A DNA stretch of 64,000 nucleotides from a virus, in IMG/VR virus record IMGVR_UViG_3300006810_000037, positions 5,775 to 69,774 of that record. One strand, 5' to 3'. Of this stretch, positions 35,622 to 45,045 are shown in pieces. Positions within the stretch are counted from its first letter, which is position 1, and each line of letters starts with the position of its first letter. The position numbers were made by a program, and so were the translations under genes. Below the pieces are notes generated by a model, which was given only the letters and a program-made list of their open reading frames with translations, ran no database searches and was not told where the DNA came from.

Positions 35622-35810
35622 ACCGATTACACCCTTGTTTTATTTAGCTATAGAGAAAACGTACACAAGAGGGTCTTATGTACAGAAGCTGAGTCTCATC
35701 TGATCCAATCAAGACAATCTCATTAATCTTTTTTGAGACTAATGATCTGTACATTAACTCCCCTAGTGTACGTTTTTCTATAGGGGGATTTGCGAAGGGG
35801 TGTAATCGGT
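35622..35810. repeat. Large imperfect inverted repeat made of two bipartite GTGTACGTTT-N24-GTGTAATCGGT motifs
   Basis: Minus-strand copy 35622-35666 and plus-strand copy 35766-35810; further copies at 36597 and 56333. Confidence 0.85.
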
Positions 35811-35933
35811 TTTTTTGTGTCATTTAATTTCCGATTATGAGTGACCGCAAGGGATCTCAGCTAAGCTGTAATCGGAAAACATGCACACCCAACACTATTG
35901 AGAACCCATCTCAGTAACAACACCACAAGACCT

Positions 35934-36233
35934 ATGAAAACCACGAACAAGATCATTGAGGTCATCTCAGTTGACGTTGATCTCATCGACAAAGAAGGGA
36001 CCACGCATTACATCGCCACTGCGATCCTTGAGGATGTCTACAAGGTGCGTACGAGCCTGCTTGATCCAGCGGAGTGGCGGCCAGGGCAATGCTCAGGTGG
36101 CTTCGAGGTGCCACTAGATGGCGAGCAACCACCGCTCAAGAGCGAGCACGCAGAGCTGTTGACCTATCTCTGTGAGCAAGAGATCGACTGGCGATGCGAC
36201 GACGAAGGTGATGATATGTACATGACTACATGA
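35934..36233 (+). CDS. Hypothetical protein
   Basis: DPAEWRPGQC motif; ATG 35934 within the tracked ORF. Confidence 0.65.
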   Translation: MKTTNKIIEVISVDVDLIDKEGTTHYIATAILEDVYKVRTSLLDPAEWRPGQCSGGFEVPLDGEQPPLKSEHAELLTYLCEQEIDWRCDDEGDDMYMTT

Positions 36234-36267
36234 ACTAACCCTTAGCTAACCCACTGGACTAACCACC

Positions 36268-36474
36268 ATGACACTTGAAGAAATTAAATGCGCCGTGATG
36301 AACGGTCACACCGTTCACTGGGAGAACGAGGCTTATGTCGTTGAGTATGCGCCAGCCATTGATGATTTCTTGATTCGCTGTGTGTTAAATGACACCAGCA
36401 TCGGTCTGACTTGGCAAGACAACGTAACCATGAACGGCAGAGAGGATCAATTCTTCATTGCATCAAAACAATGA
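36268..36474 (+). CDS. Hypothetical protein
   Basis: MTLEEIK..V..G.TVHW....Y.V...IGLTW.D pattern common in phage early regions. Confidence 0.7.
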   Translation: MTLEEIKCAVMNGHTVHWENEAYVVEYAPAIDDFLIRCVLNDTSIGLTWQDNVTMNGREDQFFIASKQ

Positions 36475-36596
36475 TCATTTACATATGACAAAAGCAACCA
36501 CTGATCGCACCACAACAACACAAAGCATGCACAAAACTCGATTACACCTACCCCGATCACACTTATCCACAACCAAAACATACACTTCTACCCCTT

Positions 36597-36641
36597 GTGT
36601 ACGTTTCTTTAGTACCAAGATAATTTATAGGTGTAATCGGT
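36597..36641 (+). repeat. Bipartite motif, copy 3
   Basis: GTGTACGTTT-N24-GTGTAATCGGT; perfect DnaA box TTATCCACA at 36563-36571 just upstream. Confidence 0.8.
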
Positions 36642-36878
36642 TTTTATACACACAAACTTGTACAATCCCCCTGTACATTCAACCCACCCCGACTTGTACA
36701 ATTACCCGTACATTCAACCCACCCCGATGAACATGGACCCAAACGAATTGTTAAGAGAACCTGAAGATTGCATGGATGAATTCATCTACGTGCTAGGTGA
36801 GGACGGTTACTTAGAGCCGGTGTCCATTGCAAGCAAAGAACAAACTGAAGATCAATCAGACGACATCTACATTGACTT

Positions 36879-37160
36879 ATGACTGACAACTACACGGCCA
36901 GATGGAACCTCCAGATGCAGGAGCTCCACCCGAACTGGTATGACCACCTCGACAAAGTAGAAGCTGCCATCCTTGGACAGGATCGGATCTTCAAACTTAG
37001 AGAGGAATCAGGGTGGGAGCTTGATGAAGAAGGCTGGATGGCCCCAGATCCTAACAACCCAGACAACCTCATCCCCGAAGGCGAATGGATAGACCACGGA
37101 CTCCTGCCACCAGAGCAGATCTCCGATTCAGCGGAGAGGGATGCACCCTCAACTACATAA
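36879..37160 (+). CDS. Hypothetical acidic protein
   Basis: ORF track; ATGA overlap. Confidence 0.6.
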   Translation: MTDNYTARWNLQMQELHPNWYDHLDKVEAAILGQDRIFKLREESGWELDEEGWMAPDPNNPDNLIPEGEWIDHGLLPPEQISDSAERDAPSTT

Positions 37161-37355
37161 TCGAACTGTCGCCCCACCTCTCAAAGCCAGTGACAGTAGC
37201 CTTCAGCTCAGTTCAGGCTTTGTATGACTGGCTGAATGACGACTGGATTCTCCTACGAGCTACCCATACAGCATGGATAACTCGCATTGAAATAGGAATC
37301 ACAGTAGTCTATCCAGGCCCCTGCTTTAAATTCGAATCCACTTCAACCTCTGATC

Positions 37356-37865
37356 ATGACCAACAAAAACGAGACAAAGACCAACACAAAAAACCGCCGT
37401 ACTAATGCGGAGCGGGATGAGCACATCGCTTTCGCCAAGCGCATGCTTGATCTCAACGTGCCTTCTTATGCAATCGCACTGCAGATGCAGAAGCGTTTCT
37501 CACTTTGCCGGAGCAGTGCCTTTAGAGACATCGCTATCGCCAACAATGAGAGGGCAAGCAAAGACGAAGGTGGTCTTAAGGCAACACCACCAGCTATGGA
37601 GATGCGTGATGTACTCATCAACATCCTGTTCCAATCAGTCCTTGATGCTTCAACCGAAAGCGATGCCAAAGCACTACCTCGTCTCACAAAAGAGATCAGG
37701 GAGCTCATGAAGCTCGGCGGTCCCGGCGTCGGTCGTCACCCACAGGCTGGGCCGGACAATGAAGAGCAACTGCTTTCTCAAATCCAATACATGTATAACC
37801 GTCGCATGGAGCAAGAGAAAGCAGCGCAGGAGACACAAGCCACCCAAGCACAGGGTCACGCATAA
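37356..37865 (+). CDS. Putative HTH DNA-binding protein
   Basis: IALQMQKRFSLCRSSAFRDI helix-turn-helix-like segment. Confidence 0.55.
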   Translation: MTNKNETKTNTKNRRTNAERDEHIAFAKRMLDLNVPSYAIALQMQKRFSLCRSSAFRDIAIANNERASKDEGGLKATPPAMEMRDVLINILFQSVLDASTESDAKALPRLTKEIRELMKLGGPGVGRHPQAGPDNEEQLLSQIQYMYNRRMEQEKAAQETQATQAQGHA

Positions 37866-37933
37866 CCCTGTGCCATAGTCCCACAATTTTATGGGACTAG
37901 CCCACGTTTCTATCCCACTAAACCATCTGCACC

Positions 37934-38404
37934 ATGCAAACAACTCACGGCACAATGTTCAAAGCTCTGCACTCTAAAGATAGACCTTTATCTCTTTACG
38001 ATTTCAAAGAATTAATCAGTGACGAAATTGCAATCAACAACCACTTCATCGATGTACTGACTGATGGATTTAGTAAAGCTCAAAGGATTGAGCACATAAG
38101 AGAAACATCAAAAAACATTTCTATATATAGGCAAAGAATTGATGGACTTAAATCTCTACGCAACCGAATCGAAGATGCCATTGACAGGAGCAACGCGATT
38201 GAGACTAACGCCTATGCAGAGAAATCTATTGAGGTATGTCCGCCACCATTACAAAAAATACCCACAGGCCCCTTGTTTCCTTCCAAGGCATGCGTCAAGT
38301 CAGAAGAGATATCTGGAACAGCTCCAGAGAATGGAGGAGAGAAACTTGATCAAGGTAAAAAGAGAAGGGGTAAACTACATGCAATGGCAGGTAACCTTAT
38401 GTAA
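37934..38404 (+). CDS. Hypothetical coiled-coil protein
   Basis: ORF track; an alternative frame (38139-38423) overlaps its 3' half. Confidence 0.5.
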   Translation: MQTTHGTMFKALHSKDRPLSLYDFKELISDEIAINNHFIDVLTDGFSKAQRIEHIRETSKNISIYRQRIDGLKSLRNRIEDAIDRSNAIETNAYAEKSIEVCPPPLQKIPTGPLFPSKACVKSEEISGTAPENGGEKLDQGKKRRGKLHAMAGNLM

Positions 38405-38427
38405 AAAGCTAGGGGAAGTGTGAAATG

Positions 38428-38454
38428 ATCCCTGCTTCGGCAGGGATTTTTTTT
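38428..38454 (+). terminator. Intrinsic terminator
   Basis: ATCCCTGC-TTCG-GCAGGGAT followed by a T run. Confidence 0.88.
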
Positions 38455-38572
38455 GTGTAGCTTGATGTGTGCAAATGTTAAATGAATATAAAGAATCAGT
38501 TTGGATGTCATGATCTCCTGAACATTGCGAGACACTTAATCGAATGCAGACTACGTTTGCTTTGTCCGAATC

Positions 38573-38632
38573 AGCTAGGCATCCGGTAGGTAACGCCGCC
38601 TCCAGGAGACACCGAAAGTGTAAGTCCTAGTT
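38573..38632 (+). ncRNA. Structured motif with TAAGT bulge
   Basis: AGCTAGG-CAT...GTG-TAAGT-CCTAGTT; related to 39263-39298. Confidence 0.5.
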
Positions 38633-38860
38633 ACTACTATCAATTTATTTTATTAAATACATTATTAAAACAACCATGTCTACTATCATTTCAATCCATG
38701 CAAACCACCAATACACAGGAAAACAACCGATGACTGAAGAACAACAAGAACTGTATGACATTGTATCTGACTGGTGGGATAAAATTTTTATTGAAACCAC
38801 CAAAGGTCGGTCTGCCTGTATTATTGATTTAGTTAATTCTATTATTGAGCGGAAAAACAA

Positions 38861-39232
38861 ATGAGCATCCCCAATTTCAAAAACCAAAACGACTACCAAG
38901 AGTTTCACAACATCTTTGATGATCAATGGCAATGTAAGCTAGCACTGCTGAATCGTGTGAAGGATGATTTGTTTCCTGACCCTGAATATTCTTGGGATTA
39001 TCTTCAACCGAAGACTTTGGAAGTGATCAATGACATGGTGCAATATATTTTGTATGATGTAAATCGTCAGTTCAAAGAGACACACCAGGACTACAAGACT
39101 GAAGAGGATGACATCTTCATTCCTTATCGTTCTTTCAAAGAGAATGTAACAGAAGAATTGAAAGAAGCATTGGAGAGTCAGAACGATGTTCTCTTATGCT
39201 CAGAGGACGCACAAAAATATTATGATGAATAA
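38861..39232 (+). CDS. Hypothetical protein
   Basis: ORF track; ATGA overlap with a small upstream ORF. Confidence 0.65.
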   Translation: MSIPNFKNQNDYQEFHNIFDDQWQCKLALLNRVKDDLFPDPEYSWDYLQPKTLEVINDMVQYILYDVNRQFKETHQDYKTEEDDIFIPYRSFKENVTEELKEALESQNDVLLCSEDAQKYYDE

Positions 39233-39301
39233 TAAATAACTTTGGGGTCTTCGGACCCCCTTCTAGGCATCCACTCTCCGACGTGATGTAAGTCCTAGCC
39301 A

Positions 39302-39390
39302 GGGAGCGTGCTGAAATTGGTAGACAGAACGGACTTAAAATCCGCCGAGCTGTAAAGCTCATGTGGGTTCAAGTCCCGCCGCTCCTACCA
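39302..39390 (+). tRNA. trnL: tRNA-Leu(UAA) with encoded CCA
   Basis: Acceptor GGGAGCG/CGCTCCT; D-loop AATTGGTAG; anticodon loop CT-TAA-AA; long variable arm GAGC/GCTC; T-arm GTGGG-TTCAAGT-CCCGC. Confidence 0.95.
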
Positions 39391-39408
39391 AACAAACCAA
39401 ACCAAACA

Positions 39409-39621
39409 ATGATGGAACTCACTGAATCAAAACGGGTAACGAAGTCAGTCACTCTAGATGGTCTTTGCCATCTTGCATCACGACCTGACTATATCGAAGC
39501 TACTGAATGGACAAACGGAGAAGGTCTTGACTTCCATGTAGAAAGTCGAGGCGGGAAAGAAAAATTCTCTCTTACTTATGGAGAGGTAAAAGCAATCACT
39601 CTCCTTGGAACTCTTTTCTGA
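39409..39621 (+). CDS. Hypothetical protein
   Basis: DYIEATEWTNGEGLD...FSLTYGE conserved phage pattern. Confidence 0.7.
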   Translation: MMELTESKRVTKSVTLDGLCHLASRPDYIEATEWTNGEGLDFHVESRGGKEKFSLTYGEVKAITLLGTLF

Positions 39622-39643
39622 TCCCTTACATCAATTCAATCCA

Positions 39644-39943
39644 ATGCCAAGAAAGAAACAGCCTTACAGTCGTTTGCAACCTGGTCAAAGAGTTGTGAAA
39701 AAATCAAACATGACTTTGATAGGCAATCAAATTAGCATGCAGCAAAGAAAGCTACCCAATATATTGCACGGAGAAATTATAGAAATAATTACTATTAAAA
39801 ATAAGAGAGGTTCATACCATCCTTATTGTAAAGTTAGATGGGATGAGAACGGAAGAGTAGACTTGGTGTTAGCCAGTCGCTTACATCTAGAAAAAGATAA
39901 AGATTTAATGATCGCATCTCAGGTTGAATCTATCGGTGCATGA
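39644..39943 (+). CDS. SH3/KOW-like hypothetical protein
   Basis: LQPGQRVV...GEII...KVRWD pattern. Confidence 0.55.
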   Translation: MPRKKQPYSRLQPGQRVVKKSNMTLIGNQISMQQRKLPNILHGEIIEIITIKNKRGSYHPYCKVRWDENGRVDLVLASRLHLEKDKDLMIASQVESIGA

Positions 39944-40179
39944 AAGATACTATCAAGCTTAAGCTTGCCCAATGCCCTAACTGTAAACAAAAGTCTTACC
40001 GAATTACATGCACTGATAAAACTTCCACTGCTACTCGCAGACGTTATGTTTGTGACCTTTGTAAGTTTAAAGAATCCAAGTATGAATTGGATGAAGAAAC
40101 TTATGAGAAGTGGAAACGCTATGAGTATGTACTAGGAAAGATTAAAGAACTAGTAACCTACCTTAAATTCAAATACTGA
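39940..40179 (+). CDS. NrdR-like zinc-ribbon protein 1
   Basis: CPNC...TRRRYVCDLC...YE. Confidence 0.65.
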   Translation: MKDTIKLKLAQCPNCKQKSYRITCTDKTSTATRRRYVCDLCKFKESKYELDEETYEKWKRYEYVLGKIKELVTYLKFKY

Positions 40180-40460
40180 TGCCCCAAAGAAAATTCTATC
40201 CCGCTCCAGCTTGCCCCGATTGTAAAAGAGAAGGTCCGGGATCTTCTTACGTTAAGGACACAGTTTATACAGGGGATGGTTTCATTCTCCGCTTCAGAAA
40301 CTGTGCTTGGTGTGAAGGAAAATGGTGGACTAAACAAAGTCCAGAGATGAATATTGATCCTTCAAAGGAACGTGTTGTTCATCCCCCTAAGTATAAAAAC
40401 ATGCCACGCGATATGAAACGCACCTTTTATTTAAAGCCATTATCTATTTCTAACAAATGA
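40179..40460 (+). CDS. NrdR-like zinc-ribbon protein 2
   Basis: CPDC...VKDT...ILRFRNCAWC...WWT. Confidence 0.6.
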   Translation: MPQRKFYPAPACPDCKREGPGSSYVKDTVYTGDGFILRFRNCAWCEGKWWTKQSPEMNIDPSKERVVHPPKYKNMPRDMKRTFYLKPLSISNK

Positions 40461-40777
40461 AATGTCCTGTTTGCAATGCTAAAAAAACAAAAGTCACCTG
40501 CACACAACATAAAGATTCTTTCACTGCGCGTTACTGCAGGTGCTTAACCTGTGATGTTAAATTTAAAACAGTTGAGAGGTATGCATTACGTGAAGAGTGC
40601 AGAACAAACAGCTACGGTTTCATGCGTGGCTCTTCTCATATAGATGAAGACGCTATAAAAAATATTCGTAGGCTAAAAAGAAATGGATATAGCATCAAAC
40701 GTATATCAGAAAAAGTTTCGATTAAACCTGAAGTTGTAGATAAGATTGTAAGGTATCAATCATTTACAAATGTCTAA
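40457..40777 (+). CDS. NrdR-like zinc-ribbon protein 3 with C-terminal HTH
   Basis: MKCPVC...TKV...RYCRCLTCDVKFKTVE; GYSIKRISEK HTH. Confidence 0.7.
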   Translation: MKCPVCNAKKTKVTCTQHKDSFTARYCRCLTCDVKFKTVERYALREECRTNSYGFMRGSSHIDEDAIKNIRRLKRNGYSIKRISEKVSIKPEVVDKIVRYQSFTNV

Positions 40778-40964
40778 AAAGAAAAGGCTTCAGAAATTAA
40801 TTCAGAAGCCTCTTCGGTTTCATCATCAAGACATTCATGAAGAGCTTGATGCAATCAAGCAGCAGCTCGCTCTTCAGAATGAGCTGTTGGCTTGTATCGG
40901 TCTAGATCTCGCTCAGACTTATCCAGTTGTGAGCGAAAGTTTAGAAGATAGCGAAGCTCAATAG
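40770..40964 (+). CDS. Hypothetical protein
   Basis: KPLRFHHQDIHEEL resembles a conserved cyanophage peptide. Confidence 0.6.
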   Translation: MSKKKRLQKLIQKPLRFHHQDIHEELDAIKQQLALQNELLACIGLDLAQTYPVVSESLEDSEAQ

Positions 40965-41084
40965 GAGAACGCTTGTAGCTGATTCCCCTGTAGCAAAGTG
41001 TTTCCATGGTCAGTTCATCGTCAAATCTCAGGCCCCGTTCCCTGCCTGAAGAAGTGCGCCGGTGTAAACCGGTGAACGTTCTCC
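40964..41084 (+). ncRNA. Candidate multi-stem ncRNA
   Basis: GGAGAACG/CGTTCTCC closing stem with three internal hairpins. Confidence 0.4.
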
Positions 41085-41150
41085 AATTATATCGGTGCTA
41101 AATCCAACAAACCTATTGCTTTATTTTTCATCAGGGCTAAATTTATTTCG

Positions 41151-41834
41151 TTGATCACCAACACAATGTCAGTTCTCAAGATCCAACCCAACTCAAATCG
41201 CTCCCCCGATGTGCGTACACCTGAACCATTGCAAGGAGACCACACAACTTGGGATGAATTCTTTGCACTCGTAAAGCCTAGGCTTCGTGCCAGGGCTGAT
41301 GGCTTTGAGAAAATATTTGAATACATCAAAGAACATTTGCTAGATGATCTCGTTATCGTGGAGACAGGTACATATCGTGAGGTGAATAACTATGAAGGCG
41401 ACGGTTGCTCTACTCTTCTCTTTGATGCTTTTATTAAGTATCACGCAGGGTTATTAGTGTCTATTGATATCGATCCCGCTGCTTGTGAGCTGGCTCGTAG
41501 AAGCACAGAGCGTGCTTATGTGACTCAAAGTGATAGCGTTGTTTATCTGAGTTCTTTTATTCATCCAATATCAGTTCTTTATTTAGATTCTTTTAATATT
41601 GATGATTGGAATCATGACCATGATTCTGCTGCTCATCATCTCAAAGAACTGTTCGTTGCAAAAGAACTATTGGAAGATGGCTCCTTAGTAATCGTAGACG
41701 ATAATATTAAAAGCCCTTATGATCAAAAGCTTATCGGCAAAGGTCGTTTGATTAGAGAGGTTCTTCATGACACTCTTGGTATGAAACTTCTTGTCGATGA
41801 TTATCAGCAGGCATTTATCTGGAGTAACTCATGA
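41151..41834 (+). CDS. Class I SAM-dependent methyltransferase
   Basis: IVETGT, SIDID, SDSV, LYLDS and IVDD motifs. Confidence 0.8.
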   Translation: MITNTMSVLKIQPNSNRSPDVRTPEPLQGDHTTWDEFFALVKPRLRARADGFEKIFEYIKEHLLDDLVIVETGTYREVNNYEGDGCSTLLFDAFIKYHAGLLVSIDIDPAACELARRSTERAYVTQSDSVVYLSSFIHPISVLYLDSFNIDDWNHDHDSAAHHLKELFVAKELLEDGSLVIVDDNIKSPYDQKLIGKGRLIREVLHDTLGMKLLVDDYQQAFIWSNS

Positions 41835-42061
41835 GCTACGTAATAGCTACAAACATAAGCGGCATCACTCATTGCATAAAGCCTGATCAAGATGCAGGAA
41901 AGTTTGTTCTCATTCCTATCAACAGTGCATCAGATGTAGCTCGTGCTTTTAATGCCCCACAACAAACCATTGCCCTTCAAATTTTAAACTGGCTAAAAGA
42001 AAATGATTCCATCCTTTCTTCGCACGACTTCGAAGTTTCCTCTGCCTCCAAGTTCGGATAA
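41831..42061 (+). CDS. Hypothetical protein
   Basis: ATGA overlap. Confidence 0.55.
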   Translation: MSYVIATNISGITHCIKPDQDAGKFVLIPINSASDVARAFNAPQQTIALQILNWLKENDSILSSHDFEVSSASKFG

Positions 42062-43868
42062 AGTAGTTCTTCTTTTTGACATAGAAACGAACGGATTTTA
42101 CAATGATGTTAACAAGATACATTGTATCGTTATTAAAGATGTCAACTCAGGACAGACTTTTAGTTACAGGCCTGACCGCATTAGCAACGCTCTTGTTCAT
42201 CTGGATTCAGCTGATGTTGTCATTGGTCACAATATAATTTTCTATGACATTCCTGTAATAGAAAAGCTGCATCCGGGTGCAATAGATTTCTCTACTAAAG
42301 AAGTAATTGACACCTTGGTCTGTGTGAGATTGCTGTGGCCTAAAGAAAAACTTTACGAAATAGATCAAGTTGATTTCAATCATGTTCCCTCCCGTCTTAT
42401 GGGCTCTGCTTCTCTGGAAGCCTGGGGCCACCGCTTCAAAGACTACAAAGGTGATTTCAAAAACTTTGGTACATTCACACAGGAAATGCTTGATTATTGT
42501 TTACAAGATGTCAGTGTCTCGTTCAAGTTATACAAACTGTTGTGTGATCAGCCCCGTAAATACGAACGAGCGCTGCGTCTGGAACATGACTTGGCTCGAT
42601 GTATTGAAAGACAGATTAGATCTGGCTTTGGATTTGATGTTGATGCGGCTAATGATTTGGTGGCTGAACTTGAAAAGCGAAAGGATGAATTAGAGGGCCA
42701 GCTTAGAGAGGCTTTCCCTTCAAAGGATGAGGGTGATTGGTTTACACCAAAGGTAAACAACAAGAACAAAGGTTACGTAACGGGAGTGATGGTATGGAGG
42801 CCAAACGTTATTGAGTTTAATCCTGGTAGCCGTCAGCAGATTTGCGAAAGGCTTAAAGAAAAATATGGGTGGGAACCTACTGCAAGAACAGAGAAAGGTA
42901 ACCCAATTCTTGATGACGAAGTATTAGAAAAACTTATATATCCTGAGGCAAAACTTCTCTCAGAATATATGCTCATCAAGAAAAGGCTGGGACAAATTAA
43001 GGAGGGTTCTAATGCATGGCTAAAGCTAGTTACAGATGATAATTTTATACATGGTGATCTCATTACCAATGGCTGCATCACTGGTAGAGCTAGCCATAAG
43101 TCTCCCAACATGGCACAAGTTCCGGCTGGGTACTCGCCCTTTGGAAAAGAATGTCGCTCCTTGTTCTTACCCCCTGATGGTTTTGATCTTATCGGCGTAG
43201 ATGCTAAGGCACTTGAACTGAGATGCTTGGCTGGTTACTTAGCTATCTATGATCAAGGTGAGTATGGAAGATTAGTTTGTGATGATGATATAGATATACA
43301 TAGTTTCAATCAAGAAAAGTTTGGTGTGGCGACAAGAGATATAAGTAAAAGACTTCTTTACGCAGTGTTGTATGGAGCTGGTTACTACAAAGCAGGTACA
43401 ATCGTTGACCCAAATGAAACAGACTCTGAAAAGATTAAGCAGCTTGGAAGAGAGGCAATCAATTCTTTCATGGCTGGTGTGCCAGCACTAGCTCTTTTAA
43501 AAAAATCTCTCAGCTCAAATTTAGAACGGCGTGGGTTTCTTCTTGGTCTTGACAAACGTCCTTTGTTCTGTAGATCTGAATTTAAATCTTTAAATGTTTT
43601 ACTGCAAGCAGCTGGTGCTGTTCTGATGAAGCAAGTTGTGATTAATATTCATCGTAATTTAAATTCGCAAGGATTGATTTATGGTATTGATTGGCAACAA
43701 CATGCCTTTGTTCATGATGAAGTACAGCTTTCATGTCGTCCTGGCGTGGCTGACAAGGTAAAAGAATTATCTTTAAAGTCTTTTATAGAATCAGGAAATG
43801 ATTTTAAATTTAGAGTTCCTATTGAAGGTGATGCGAAACTAGGATCATGTTGGTATGAGACTCACTAA
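42003..43868 (+). CDS. DNA polymerase family A (T7-like) with 3'-5' exonuclease
   Basis: FDIET and GHNIIFYD exonuclease motifs; DAKALELR motif A; KRLLYAVLYG motif B (Tyr762 type); VHDEVQ motif C. Confidence 0.95.
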   Translation: MIPSFLRTTSKFPLPPSSDKVVLLFDIETNGFYNDVNKIHCIVIKDVNSGQTFSYRPDRISNALVHLDSADVVIGHNIIFYDIPVIEKLHPGAIDFSTKEVIDTLVCVRLLWPKEKLYEIDQVDFNHVPSRLMGSASLEAWGHRFKDYKGDFKNFGTFTQEMLDYCLQDVSVSFKLYKLLCDQPRKYERALRLEHDLARCIERQIRSGFGFDVDAANDLVAELEKRKDELEGQLREAFPSKDEGDWFTPKVNNKNKGYVTGVMVWRPNVIEFNPGSRQQICERLKEKYGWEPTARTEKGNPILDDEVLEKLIYPEAKLLSEYMLIKKRLGQIKEGSNAWLKLVTDDNFIHGDLITNGCITGRASHKSPNMAQVPAGYSPFGKECRSLFLPPDGFDLIGVDAKALELRCLAGYLAIYDQGEYGRLVCDDDIDIHSFNQEKFGVATRDISKRLLYAVLYGAGYYKAGTIVDPNETDSEKIKQLGREAINSFMAGVPALALLKKSLSSNLERRGFLLGLDKRPLFCRSEFKSLNVLLQAAGAVLMKQVVINIHRNLNSQGLIYGIDWQQHAFVHDEVQLSCRPGVADKVKELSLKSFIESGNDFKFRVPIEGDAKLGSCWYETH

Positions 43869-44188
43869 TGTTTTCATTTATTCGCGAACCTTCTGAGGAA
43901 CCTGTTTTGGATCCAAACCACGACTTGATCTGTGACCTCATCTACTTGATGAAGCCCAGTCAATATAAAACTGCAATTGAATATTTAGTTGAACTTCTGG
44001 TGTCAGATATGGGTACAGAAATACTAGAAGGGTTAACTGGAAATAAAACTGGTGATGATGAAGCTCAACAAATGCTGTTAATCTTTTATGATGCAGAGGG
44101 TATTTACACCTGTCTGTCTGACTCTCTTAAACTATTGAGCAACGACAAAGTCTGCTCAGCTCTCAACAAACTTTTTTCACCGCAATGA
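43868..44188 (+). CDS. Hypothetical protein
   Basis: TAATG coupling to the polymerase gene. Confidence 0.6.
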   Translation: MFSFIREPSEEPVLDPNHDLICDLIYLMKPSQYKTAIEYLVELLVSDMGTEILEGLTGNKTGDDEAQQMLLIFYDAEGIYTCLSDSLKLLSNDKVCSALNKLFSPQ

Positions 44189-45021
44189 ACTTCTCCTCTC
44201 TCACTGTCACTCTTATTGGTGATCCTCTCCCTGACAACAGTAATCCTAATTGGTTTGTATCTAAATGCTTGGCCAACGTTACGCAAGCAGGGAAAAACAG
44301 AATAGACACTCCGCTCGAACTAGTAGTTGTGGGTGAACGAGCAAAGATGTTTCAAGAATGTGCGCATGCTGGCATGAAAATCTTTGTTAATCGCGGTACT
44401 CTACGTCACGACTTAGAAACAAAAAAGTTTTCTGTCATCTCAGGTTCAGTTGAACCTGTTGGTGATGGCTTCACACGTTTCAACGATGTCCTTTTGGCTG
44501 GACGTTGTATTAAAGACATCGATGAATCAGATCCTAAAAATGTAAAGAGAACAAGCGATGGACTCTTGATAGTTAACCAAACACTTCAAGTTCGTACCGG
44601 TGATGGGCAGAGTGATCTGTTTAATTTGGTGGCAATCAATGGAGCTAATGACAAGTTGCCTATCGCAAGACTCATGGCTGACTTCACCCGTAAAGGATCA
44701 GGTCTCACAATCCTAGGCAGACTATCTACAAGAGGTTGGGTTGACCAAACTACAGGTGAACCTCGTCAGATAACTCAGATCTCTGTGACCAAAATGACTC
44801 TTCCTCCTAGGCCACAACCGGGAGCAACTCCTGAGATCAAACCTAAAGTAAACATCTCTGATGGAAGCGTTGCGAAATCTCTGTGGCCAGAAAGCTCTGA
44901 GAATGGTTGGACTATACAAGAGACACCGCCAGCTCAGGTGAATGCATTCGATGACAACGAGCATTTTAAGGCTAACATTTCAGAGTTGGGAGCATCGCCT
45001 AGGTGCTTCCAACTGTTTTAA
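44185..45021 (+). CDS. ssb: Single-stranded DNA-binding protein (tandem OB folds)
   Basis: NDVLLAGR...DFTRKGSGLTILGRL...W.D..TGE.R SSB motifs. Confidence 0.72.
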   Translation: MNFSSLTVTLIGDPLPDNSNPNWFVSKCLANVTQAGKNRIDTPLELVVVGERAKMFQECAHAGMKIFVNRGTLRHDLETKKFSVISGSVEPVGDGFTRFNDVLLAGRCIKDIDESDPKNVKRTSDGLLIVNQTLQVRTGDGQSDLFNLVAINGANDKLPIARLMADFTRKGSGLTILGRLSTRGWVDQTTGEPRQITQISVTKMTLPPRPQPGATPEIKPKVNISDGSVAKSLWPESSENGWTIQETPPAQVNAFDDNEHFKANISELGASPRCFQLF

Positions 45022-45045
45022 TCACGTACCATCACGAACAATCCC

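Noticed and set aside
39263-39301. HDV-like (theta) ribozyme beside the tRNA
   Set aside because: It lies 5' of the tRNA, and I could not build P1, P1.1 and P2 of the nested double pseudoknot
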